Assembly (NCBI GenBank): GCA_963803355.1
Contig: CAWDLV010000002.1
Location: 146,829 to 210,828, forward strand
Origin: an uncultured Acidimicrobiales bacterium
Lineage (GTDB): Bacteria; Actinomycetota; Acidimicrobiia; Acidimicrobiales; Ilumatobacteraceae
Length of the DNA stretch: 64,000 nucleotides
Reading direction: 5' to 3'
Positions 41,309 through 49,555 of the stretch are shown here, in pieces. Each line of letters opens with the position of its first letter. Within the stretch, counting starts at the first letter, position 1. A program made the translations under genes and the position numbers. The notes under the pieces are model-generated. The model did no database searches. It had not been told where the DNA came from and saw only the letters and a list, made by a program, of their open reading frames with translations.

Positions 41309-42583
41309 GTGCACGATCCACGCAGCGCCGGCGGGGGTCGCGCCGCGCTCATCGGTATCACCTTCGCCGGGCTCGCTGGCCTGGCGTCGTGCGGGAGCAT
41401 GGGAGCAAGCGTGGCCTCGCCGTCCGTCCTGTCCCCGGGGTCGACCCCTACGACCTCCGCCGCGGCGTCCTCCGCTACCGCGGCGCCGCTGAGCGCCTTC
41501 ACCGGGGATCCGTTCTTCGACCCGGGCGATGCCGCGCCCGGCGCGCCTGGGGCCATCGTGCGCTCGCGCACGGTCACCACCAAGCTCGCGAACGCCCAGG
41601 TCTGGGAGGTCCTCTACTGGTCCCGCACGCCGGACGATCAGCCGGTGGCCGTGTCGGCCACCGTGGTCGCCCCTGCCGGACCGGGGTCCTCCCCGCGGCC
41701 GATCCTGGCCTACGCCCACCCGACGACCGGCCTGGGCGACCAGTGCGCGCCTTCGGCCGGGATAGTCGCCGGCACCGGTGTCGAGCTCGTCCTCTTCCCG
41801 ACCGTCCTCCGGCAGGGCTGGACCGTGGTCGAGACGGACTACCAGGGCCTCGGCACCCCCGGCGACCACCCCTACCTGATCGGCCAGTCCGAAGGCCGCA
41901 ACGTGCTCGACAGCATCCGAGCGGCCGAGGCGCTACCCGGGACGGGCTCCACCCCACAGTCGAAGGTGGTCGTGTGGGGCCACTCCCAAGGGGGCGGCGC
42001 CTCGGCCTTCACGGCCGACCTCCGCCCGAGCTACGCCCCCGACGTCGACCTGGTTGGCGCCATCGCCGGCGCGCCGGCCGACCTCGATCCGCGCCTGATC
42101 GGCACCATGAACCCCGCGTACGACGGGTTCGCCGCCATGGCCCTTGTCGGCCTGCGCGCCGGCTACCCCGACCTCGGCCTGGACCAGGCGCTCACGCCGG
42201 CCGGCCGGGCCGGGCTGCAGCGGGTGAGCAGCTTGTGCACCTCGGCCGCCTTGGCCGCGCTCACCGGCGCGGCCCCATCGAGCCTCGTCGATGCGAAGGC
42301 GCTGGCCGCGCCGGCTTGGCAGGCGGCGCTGCAAGCCAACCAGGCCGGCAACCTGGCGACCGACGTGCCCATCTTCATCTACCACGGCGGCGCCGACGAT
42401 CTGGTCCCTCCGGCGTCGAGCGCCGCCCTCCTCGCCCGGTACTGCGCCCACGGCGTCGTCGCGTCCCGAAAGGTGTACCCAGGCGAGACCCACGTCACGG
42501 TGGTCGCCGCCGCCCTGCGCGACATCGTCGCCTACGCCAAGGCCCGCCTGGCCGGCGCACCAGCGCCGAACAATTGCCACTGA
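41309..42583 (+). CDS. Secreted lipase (LIP / secretory lipase family, alpha/beta hydrolase) lipoprotein.
   Basis: The GTG start and lipobox are VHDPRSAGGGRAALIGITFAGLAGLASCGS. The nucleophile motif is VVVWGHSQGGGA. The ORF is intact. The RBS is GAGAGGGG. Confidence 0.7.
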   Translation: MHDPRSAGGGRAALIGITFAGLAGLASCGSMGASVASPSVLSPGSTPTTSAAASSATAAPLSAFTGDPFFDPGDAAPGAPGAIVRSRTVTTKLANAQVWEVLYWSRTPDDQPVAVSATVVAPAGPGSSPRPILAYAHPTTGLGDQCAPSAGIVAGTGVELVLFPTVLRQGWTVVETDYQGLGTPGDHPYLIGQSEGRNVLDSIRAAEALPGTGSTPQSKVVVWGHSQGGGASAFTADLRPSYAPDVDLVGAIAGAPADLDPRLIGTMNPAYDGFAAMALVGLRAGYPDLGLDQALTPAGRAGLQRVSSLCTSAALAALTGAAPSSLVDAKALAAPAWQAALQANQAGNLATDVPIFIYHGGADDLVPPASSAALLARYCAHGVVASRKVYPGETHVTVVAAALRDIVAYAKARLAGAPAPNNCH

Positions 42584-42601
42584 GCGGGCCGAGGCCACGG
42601 C

Positions 42602-43721
42602 TCAGGCCGTCGTGGTGGTGGAGGTGGTGCCACCCTCACCGGCGGCCGGGGCCTTCGTGGTGGGTGAGGCTGCGGTCGTCGTCGACGGCGGCGGCGTGCT
42701 CGGGGGTTGGGGCTTCGTGCTCGGCGGGGACGGCTTCGACGTCGTCGGCGTCGTGGTTGTCGTCGTCGTGCTCGAGGTCGTCGTGGTGAAGCTCGGGTCC
42801 GGCGTGTTGAACGGCGGCGGCTGCTTGCCGTACGCCTCGGGCTCCTTCACGCCGTCGAACACGAAGATCTGGTCGCCGTACTTCACCAGGCTCGGGAAGT
42901 AGTTGCCGATGAAAAAGAGGCACCCGTACGCAGCCGTGCGAGGCCGGGTAGCTGGGGACGTTGCCGGCGCCATGCACGGCCAGCCCGTAGTTGAAGTACA
43001 CGGGGTTCCACATCCGGCCGAGCTCGCTCTCCCACCAGCCCGCCTTGCGCCGGTAGAAGTAGTAGGCGCCGCCCGGCGTCTTGGAGATCCCGCAGACCCC
43101 CTTCTCGGTCTCGGTGCCGTCGTCGTTGTCGACCTTCACGACCTCGCACCAATGCTCGTCGCTGCCGGTCGAGATGTGGGAGATGAGGATCGGCTTGTTG
43201 TCGCGGAAGACGATCAGCACCTGCTGCGGCAGGTAGACCTCCACGTGCGTCTTGCTGGCGTTCGGGCGCCGGGGCTTGACCCCGAGCGGCTGCTCCATCC
43301 GCTCCCACATCACCGGAGTGACGTGGCCGGTGACCTGGTCCCGGGGCGTGCCCATGATCAGCTTCTCGAACGCCCACACGGCCTGGATGGTGGACTGCCC
43401 GTACACCCCGTCGACGCCACCGGGATCGAAGCCGAGGTCGTAGAGGCGCTGTTGGACCATGCGCACGTCGTCGCCTGTGATGCCCCGCGCCAGCTCCCGG
43501 GTGAGGGGGGTGCGAGGCACGGTGGTGGCGGCCGTGGTGGCGGTGGTCTGGGCCGGGGGGCCTGCGGTGTCGGTGATGCCGACCGAACCATCGGCGCCGG
43601 CGACCACGGGATCGCCGCTCGTGCCCCGCGCCAGAGCACTCCATCCGGCGACGCCGACAAAGGCGACGACGGCGGCCATAGCGGGGGCCCATCTGCGGAT
43701 CGTCGTGGCTTCTACGGGCAC
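42602..43721 (-). CDS. L,D-transpeptidase (YkuD) with a peptidoglycan-binding domain and a Thr/Pro/Ser-rich C-terminal tail. There is one apparent frameshift near 42950.
   Basis: The PG_binding_1 domain is GDDVRMVQQRLYDLGFDPGGVDGVYGQSTIQAVWAFEK. The catalytic motif is SHGCVRVP. The tail (TTTTSSTTTTTTTPTTSKPSPPSTKPQPPSTPPPSTTTAASPTTKAP) is in a second frame. Confidence 0.75.
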
Positions 43722-43809
43722 TCGGCTCTCCCGTTCGCGGGGGTCGGGTCACCGGGACCCTGAAGCCTACCAACGGCTCTCCGGCCCCAGCCGGGCGGCG
43801 GCCCGCTCT

Positions 43810-44575
43810 TCATCCCGGCGACGGCGGTGCTCCGGTTCGAAGGGCAGGGGTGATGGCCCGCAGCTCGCCGCGCAGGGACCACATCTCCTGGAGGATCTTC
43901 ACGATGACCCCCGGTGAGCTCAAGGTCGAGAGGCCCCGGGTGCGAGGGAAGTAGTCCACGCCGAACTGCACGATCACGAAGCCCAGCTTCTGAGCTCGCA
44001 CGATCAGCTCGGCGTCGATGAACGACCCCTCGCTCTTCAGCCTGACCTGGTCGAGCACCTCCCGGCGACAGAGCTTGAAGGCGAAGTTGATGTCCCTCAT
44101 GCGGACGCCGAAGAGGGCGCGAACGAGCCAGGTTGTAGAGGGTGGAGTACACGCTGCGGACGTAGCCCTCGCCGGTTCGATCCAGCCGGTAGGCGCTCAC
44201 CAGGTCCGCCTCGTAGTGGCGCATGACCCGGCACGCCTTCACCAGCTCGTCCATGTCGAAGGGCAGGTCGGCATCGGTGTAGAGGACGAGATCCCCGGTG
44301 GCGGTAGCGAAGCCGGTCTTGATCGATCCTCCGAGCTTGCGGTTCTTCGGGTGGTGGACCACGACGACGTGCGGATCGGCGGCCGCGGCCTCGTCGGCCA
44401 GCCGTCCGGTGCCGTCGGTCGATGCATCATCAACGATGATGAGCTCGTAGTCGCCGATCTCGTGCCCGTCGAGCAAGGCGACGCAGGCCTCCGTGGCCGC
44501 CGCCAAGGCCCGTTGGAGGTAGGGCTCCTCGTTCCACATGGGGAAGAAGACCGAGAGCTTCTTGAAGGCCGGCAC
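43810..44575 (-). CDS. GT2 family glycosyltransferase (dolichyl/polyprenyl-phosphate mannosyltransferase-like), with one apparent frameshift.
   Basis: The N-terminus is LSVFFPMWNEEPYL...YELIIVDDASTDGT...LVLYTDADLPFDMDEL (the DxD and GT-A fold). The C-terminal part (GVRMRDINFAFKLCRREVLDQV...) is in ORF 43810..44100. Confidence 0.7.
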
Positions 44576-44602
44576 GGGCCCGACGGTAGCGGCGCCGCCT
44601 GG

Positions 44603-45200
44603 TCAGAGGGCCCGCGGCGCGTCCCCGCCACGAAGCTGGCGAGGGGACCCGGCGCGCCGGTCGAACACGAAGAGGTTGTTCAGCCCGGCCTGGAACCGCC
44701 GCCGGACGACGAGGTCGAAGCCGGCGCCGACGACGAGCGGCTCGACCTCGCCGGGCGCGAAGCCGTGGTGGGCGTCGGCGTCCATGCCGTCGAGCAGCTT
44801 GAGCCGGATCATCACCTCGAGCAGGCGGTCCACCAGCGGCGAGGGCACGGTGAGCACCCACCGGCCGCCCGGCCGCAGCAGGCGGGAGGCGGCCTCGGCG
44901 GCCGCCTGCTGCTCGTCGGTGGAGAGGTGCTCCAGGACCGCGAGCATGGTGATGACGTCGAACGACCCCGGTTCCTCGGGCGCGTCGGCAGGAAAGGTGC
45001 CCGGCTCCAGCCGGTAGCGCTCGCCCGTGTGCGGGCCTTCGAGCGCGGGATCGAGCCCAACGCCCTGGCCGAGCGCGGGACCGAGACGCCGGAAGAGTGC
45101 GCCGTCGTCGCAGCCGACATCGAGCACCCGGGCGCCAGACGGGATGACCCGGATCGCCTGGCCGATGCGCCGGTCCCGGATGAGGCGGTCCAGCCGCCTC
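44603..45200 (-). CDS. Class I SAM-dependent methyltransferase.
   Basis: The GTG start is immediately after the upstream GT2 stop. Motif I is VLDVGCDDG. It continues FDVITMLAVLEHL...LLRPGGRWVLTVP. Confidence 0.6.
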
Positions 45201-46398
45201 ACGCCGCGCCCTTGCGCGCCGCCCGGCCGCGATCGGCGGCCGCGGCTGTCACCGAGGTCGATCGGGCCGAGGGCAGGGCGAGGATGCTGAGCAGGAGGCT
45301 GGACAGCGCGGTCTGCAGACCGAGCACGAGGACGGTGACCGACGGCAGGATGCGCCGCATCGAACGGGTGGGATCGAGCGGCTTGAAGTCCCATCCGGCC
45401 GCCGCGGCCGCCAGACCGACCACGCCGGCCACGACGGCAACCGTGGCCACCAGGAGACCGACCTCGAGCGGGAACCAGTGGCGGAAGCGGTCGATGCGGA
45501 CGTCCTTGGGCAGCAGACCCTCACGGCTGGCGAACGCCTTCGACAGCACCGCGAACCACACCGACTGGTAGCCGATCAGCACCAGCCCGCAGCACACCGC
45601 CAGCGTGCCGATGCTCAACGTCGCCCTTCCGACGGTGACGTCGGTGACGGTCAGGCTCACGCCGGCCACCAGCCCGACGACGAAGAGGGCGAGGCCGGGG
45701 TAGAAGAAGAGCCATCGGGGGCTGTACAGGAGCAGGAAGCGGAGATGGCGCCAGCCATCCCGCCACGGCTTCAAGTGGGGTGGACGGGAGCGTCCGTCCT
45801 TGGCCAGATGCGTCGGCACCTCCGTCACCCGCAGGTCACCGAGCGTGGCCTTCACCACCATCTCGCTGGCGAACTCCATCCCGGGCGACTGCAGGTCGAG
45901 GTCGAGGATCGCCGCCCGCCTGAAGCCCCGCAAACCACAGTGGAAGTCGTGGATGCGGGAGTGGAACAGGAGCCGGCCGAGGAACGACAGCGCCGGATTG
46001 CCGAGGTAGCGGTGCAGGGGCGGCATGGCGCCATCGTCGATGCCGCCGGCGAAGCGGTCGCCCATGACCAGGTCCACCCCGGCCCGAAGCTGCTCCAAGA
46101 ATGGGTCGAGGGCGGTGAAGTCGTAGCTGTCGTCGGCGTCGCCGATGATCACGTAGGTGCCGCGAGCGGCGTGGATGCCTCCGAGGAGCGCGGCGCCGTA
46201 GCCGGGTTCCGGAACGTCGATCACAACCACGCCGAGCCGGCGGGCGAGCTCGCCGGAGCCGTCGGTCGAGCCGTTGTCCACCACGATGATCTCGCCCGTG
46301 ATCGAGTGCTCGTCGAGGTAGCGGCGAGCCTTGGCCACGCACGCCTCGAGCGTCTCCCGCTCGTTGCGGCACGGCATGACGATCGAAAGCTCCACTGA
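45199..46398 (-). CDS. GT2 family glycosyltransferase with a C-terminal multi-TM domain (polyprenyl-phosphate sugar synthase / GtrB-like).
   Basis: The N-terminus is VSVELSIVMPCRNERETL...EIIVVDNGSTDGS...VIIGDADDSYDF. The C-terminus is hydrophobic (LLLYSPRWLFFYPGLALFVVGLVAGV...), with 4 or more TM segments. Confidence 0.75.
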   Translation of the reverse strand, partial: SVELSIVMPCRNERETLEACVAKARRYLDEHSITGEIIVVDNGSTDGSGELARRLGVVVIDVPEPGYGAALLGGIHAARGTYVIIGDADDSYDFTALDPFLEQLRAGVDLVMGDRFAGGIDDGAMPPLHRYLGNPALSFLGRLLFHSRIHDFHCGLRGFRRAAILDLDLQSPGMEFASEMVVKATLGDLRVTEVPTHLAKDGRSRPPHLKPWRDGWRHLRFLLLYSPRWLFFYPGLALFVVGLVAGVSLTVTDVTVGRATLSIGTLAVCCGLVLIGYQSVWFAVLSKAFASREGLLPKDVRIDRFRHWFPLEVGLLVATVAVVAGVVGLAAAAAGWDFKPLDPTRSMRRILPSVTVLVLGLQTALSSLLLSILALPSARSTSVTAAAADRGRAARKGAA

Positions 46399-46500
46399 CA
46401 CCCAGCCCTCGGCTCTCCCCTGCCGGCGGCGCGGCGAACCATCGCAACGGAGCCGCCCGGGGTCAACCGTAGTGCTCGACCTCCGCCAGACGGGACCAGC

Positions 46501-46670
46501 GAATCTCCGGCGGATCTCCGGCGGATCCCCGGCGAATCGCCACCATGAATCTTCGGCGAATCGCCGCCACCCCTCGTCGGCGAAGTCGGGACGGCGAACC
46601 CTCAGCAAATCGCCGCCACCCCTGGTCGGCGAAGTCGGCGCGGCGAACCCTCGGCAGATCGCCGGCGGGC
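46501..46670. repeat. Complex tandem-repeat region. It has three 11-bp units (G/A)ATC(T/C)CCGGCG, then about 2.3 copies of a 49-bp unit (AATCGCCGCCACCCCTCGTCGGCGAAGTCGGGACGGCGAACCCTCAGCA).
   Basis: The direct repeats are read from the sequence: units at 46559..46607 and 46608..46656, with partial units on each side. The region lies upstream of the GT2-MTase-GT2 operon start. Confidence 0.6.
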
Positions 46671-46705
46671 CGAGCCCGCCTTCAGCCGCTCGGGCCGGCC
46701 GCGAC

Positions 46706-46885
46706 TACGCCGCGCCGGCGCGGGCCAGCGACTCCAGCCTCGCGATCTCCGCCACCAGTCGCTCGGCCTCCGCCGCGTTCGCCCTCGACGCGGCCACCAG
46801 CTGGCGGGCCTGCTCCCGCAGCAGCTCGAGCCGGCCGTCCAGCGAGAATCGCCGGCTCCACCCTCGGTCAGGATCCTTCGCCATG
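46706..46885 (-). CDS. Small hypothetical coiled-coil protein of about 59 aa.
   Basis: An excellent RBS (GGAGAAGGAGGG) sits immediately before ATG MAKDPDRGWSRRFSLDGRLELLREQARQLVAASRANAAEAERLVAEIARLESLARAGAA*. It falls just below the ORF-track length cutoff. Confidence 0.3.
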
Positions 46886-46982
46886 GTGCCCTCCTTCTCC
46901 GGCCTCGCGGATCGTCCAGCACGACCCGCGCCTGAGGATTGCGAGACGGCGGCCAGTGGCGACCTCGGCCTAACGTGGCGGC

Positions 46983-47582
46983 GTGCCTGGCACCCTCTAC
47001 ATCACCGGCGACGAGACCACAGACCAGTTGCTCAACACGGACGGGTTCGCCCTCCTCCTCGGCATGCTCCTCGATCAGCAGGTGCCGATGGAGTGGGCGT
47101 TCACGGGTCCGGCCACGTTGAAGGAGCGCCTCGGTCACTTGGACCCCAGCCGCATCGCGGCCATGGACCCCGAGGAGCTGGTGGCTGTGTTCTGCGCCAG
47201 GCCGGCGCTACACCGCTTCCCCGCGGCCATGGCCCGGCGGGCCCACGAGCTGGCCACCGTGATCACTGAGCAGTACGGCGGCAACGCGGACCAGCTCTGG
47301 ACGACTGCCGGCACCGGAGCCGAGCTGTCCAGGCGGTTGCGGGCGCTCCCGGGCTACGGCGAGGAGAAGTCCAAGATCTTCGTCGCCCTCCTCGCCAAGC
47401 GCCAGGGGGTGCGACCGGCGGGTTGGGAAGCCGCCGCCGGCGCTTTCGCCGACCCCGTCCCGCGCTCAGTGGCCGACATCGACTCAGCCGAGACCCTGGT
47501 CAAGGTACGCGAGTGGAAGCAAGCGCAGAAGGCGGCCAAGAAGGACAAGCAGGACCGCCCCCTCAAGCCCACGAAGAGCTGA
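46983..47582 (+). CDS. HhH-GPD-type base-excision DNA repair family protein (small endonuclease III-like).
   Basis: The intact 199-aa ORF is GTLYITGDETTDQLLNTDGFALLLGMLLDQQVPMEWAFTGPATLKERLGH...LPGYGEEKSKIFVALL, with a Lys-rich tail. Confidence 0.55.
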   Translation: MPGTLYITGDETTDQLLNTDGFALLLGMLLDQQVPMEWAFTGPATLKERLGHLDPSRIAAMDPEELVAVFCARPALHRFPAAMARRAHELATVITEQYGGNADQLWTTAGTGAELSRRLRALPGYGEEKSKIFVALLAKRQGVRPAGWEAAAGAFADPVPRSVADIDSAETLVKVREWKQAQKAAKKDKQDRPLKPTKS

Positions 47583-47620
47583 CGCCCGCCCACCCGGTTC
47601 CCGCACGCCTATTTCGTTCT

Positions 47621-47659
47621 GGTCACCGAATCTGCGCCAGAGGCGCCAGATCGGTGACC
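47621..47659. terminator. Long imperfect hairpin (GGTCACCGAATCTGCGCC-aga-GGCGCCAGATCGGTGACC) downstream of the HhH-GPD gene.
   Basis: About 17 paired bases with single-nt bulges. It lies 39 nt after the stop codon. Confidence 0.45.
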
Positions 47660-47685
47660 CGAAGCCGCTGACCCGGCCGGTAAAG

Positions 47686-48651
47686 GTGGCTCCGTCGCGG
47701 CGCGACGTCGTCGTACCCCGTTCCGATCGGCCTCGGCCCGGGCACACGCTCCTGCGGTGTGACTCCGAACGACACCTGCTCGAGCTCGCGTCGCGACAGC
47801 TCGGCTGCGCCACCGACCGTCAGGCGCTCAGCGCCGGAATGACCATGGCGCAGATCCGTCAACAGCTCGATCGGCGCCGGTTCGAGCGCCTCGGGGTCCG
47901 GGCCCTCCGCGTCGCCGGTTCGCCGGCGACCTGGGAGCAGCGGCTGATGGCCGGCCTCCTCGATCTCGGACCTCAAGCCGTCGTCTCCCACCGGGCCGCC
48001 GCCGCCCTGCTCGGCCTCGACGGCTTCGAGCCGGGACCGGTCGAGTTCACGGTGCCCCGCTCGGAGCGCCACCGAGTTCGCGGCTGGACCGTGCACAGCA
48101 CGCGTCGGCTCGACCGGATCGATCGCCTCGAAGTGGGTCTCCTGGCCTGCACGACGGCCTCGCGGACCATCGTCGATCTGTCGGCGTCGGTCCGCGCCGA
48201 CCAGCTGGCGCTCGCCATCGACAGCGCAGTGCGGGAGGGGCTCACCTCACCGGCGTTCCTCGGGCGGCGGCTGGTCAGCCTGCGAGGGCGAGGCCGCCAG
48301 GGCGTTCGACTCCTGCAAGCGGTGCTGGAAGACGCCGGCGGTCATACCCCCCTTGAGCGGGCATTCCTGCGGCTGGTCAAAGCCGGCGGCCTCCCGAGGC
48401 CGACCTGTCAACAGATCTTCCGACGGGATGGCAAGACGATCGCGCGGGTGGACTTCTCCTTCGAACCGCGTCCTCTGGTCGTCGAGGTATCCGGCCGGAG
48501 GGGGCACAGCACGGATGTGGAGCGGGCTCGGGACGCCCACCGTCGCAACGAGCTGCAATCCCTCGGCTTCGTCGTCCTCGAATTCACCCGCGCCGACGTG
48601 TTCGAGCGGCCGGCCTACGTCCTCCAGATGCTCCGCCGCCACCTCCCCTAA
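47686..48651 (+). CDS. DUF559 endonuclease-domain protein with an AbiEi-like N-terminal domain.
   Basis: The N-terminus (HLLELASRQLGCATDRQALSAGMTMAQIRQQLDRRRFERLGVRALRV) is followed by the C-terminal DUF559 region (GKTIARVDFSFEPRPLVVEVSGRRGHSTDVERARDAHRRNELQSLGFVVLEFTRADV). Confidence 0.6.
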   Translation: MAPSRRDVVVPRSDRPRPGHTLLRCDSERHLLELASRQLGCATDRQALSAGMTMAQIRQQLDRRRFERLGVRALRVAGSPATWEQRLMAGLLDLGPQAVVSHRAAAALLGLDGFEPGPVEFTVPRSERHRVRGWTVHSTRRLDRIDRLEVGLLACTTASRTIVDLSASVRADQLALAIDSAVREGLTSPAFLGRRLVSLRGRGRQGVRLLQAVLEDAGGHTPLERAFLRLVKAGGLPRPTCQQIFRRDGKTIARVDFSFEPRPLVVEVSGRRGHSTDVERARDAHRRNELQSLGFVVLEFTRADVFERPAYVLQMLRRHLP

Positions 48652-48720
48652 GCGTTCCGGTCACCCTTTCCGCGCCCCCGGCTCATGTTCGGTGCCCAGA
48701 ACGGGAGGGCAGGCCGGGAG

Positions 48721-48850
48721 GCGGGGCCCGGCGCCGGCGCGATGGGCCGGGAGGCGGGGCCCGGCGCCGGCGCGATGGGCCGGGAGGCAGGGCCCGGCGC
48801 CGGCGCGATGGGCCGGGAGGCGGGGCCCGGCGCCGGCGATGGGCCGGTGG
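48721..48850. repeat. VNTR-like 33-bp tandem repeat (GGCCGGGAGGCGGGGCCCGGCGCCGGCGCGATG), 3 full copies plus a fourth truncated 31-bp copy.
   Basis: Copies are at 48721-48753, 48754-48786, 48787-48819 (one G>A variant) and 48820-48850 (2-nt deletion). The repeat is intergenic, between the convergent DUF559 and rnhA genes. Confidence 0.75.
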
Positions 48851-48863
48851 GGCGGCCGGACCG

Positions 48864-49424
48864 TCAGATCACGGCCGCTTCGCTGGCGGCGGCGACCGCG
48901 AGGCCGTCGACCAGGTCGTTCATGGGATCGCCGCTGTGCCCCTTGACCCAGCCGAACGACACATCGTCGCGGACGCCCACGAGCTCGATCAGCGGCTCCC
49001 AGAGGTCGCGGTTGGCGATCGGCTGGCGCCTCGCGTTCACCCAGCCCCGACGCAGCCAGCCCTCCCACCAGCGGTCGCGGAAGCAGTTGACGACGTAGGT
49101 CGAGTCCGACATCACCACCAGCGGACCGGTCAGCGCTCGTACGGCCTCGAGGGCGGCCCTGATCTCCATGCGCTGGTTCGTGGTGCGCCGCTCGCCGCCG
49201 CTCGCCGACGGCACGCCCGCCGGCGCCACCGCCCATGCCCATCCGCCCGGGCCCGGGTTCCCCGAGCAGGCCCCGTCCGTGTACACCACGACCGGCGCCG
49301 AGCCCGCCGGCGCCGAGCCCGCCGGCCCATGAGCCGCGGGCGCAGCGGGCCGAGGCACAGCGGGCCGAGGCACACTGGGCACGGCGGGCGTAGCGCGCCT
49401 GGGAGCAGCGGGCACGTCGGACAT
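48864..49424 (-). CDS. rnhA: Ribonuclease HI with a Pro/Ala-rich N-terminal extension.
   Basis: The motif is VVVYTDGACSGNPGPGGWAWAV...RTTNQRMEI...SDSTYVVN...WVKGHSGDPMNDLVDGLA (the RNase H DEDD motif). The N-terminus is PAVPSVPRPAVPRPAAPAAHGPAGSAPAGSAP. Confidence 0.85.
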   Translation of the reverse strand: MSDVPAAPRRATPAVPSVPRPAVPRPAAPAAHGPAGSAPAGSAPVVVYTDGACSGNPGPGGWAWAVAPAGVPSASGGERRTTNQRMEIRAALEAVRALTGPLVVMSDSTYVVNCFRDRWWEGWLRRGWVNARRQPIANRDLWEPLIELVGVRDDVSFGWVKGHSGDPMNDLVDGLAVAAASEAAVI

Positions 49425-49555
49425 CCGGGCATCCTGGCACCTGGCGTGAGTCGACGGCGATGGGGCCGGGTGGATGGCGGGCCCACCTGCCGGTCCTCGC
49501 GCTGAGGCCCGCGTGCCCCGCCTAGCGCGTTGGTCTGAGCCGATCCGGTGCGAGA

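Noticed and set aside
48721-48850. Possible CRISPR array at the 33-bp repeats. The same was considered for the 9-mer repeats at 33757..33830 and the 49-bp repeats at 46559..46656.
   Set aside because: The repeats are directly tandem with no intervening unique spacers, and there are no cas genes in the window. They are minisatellite/VNTR-type repeats.
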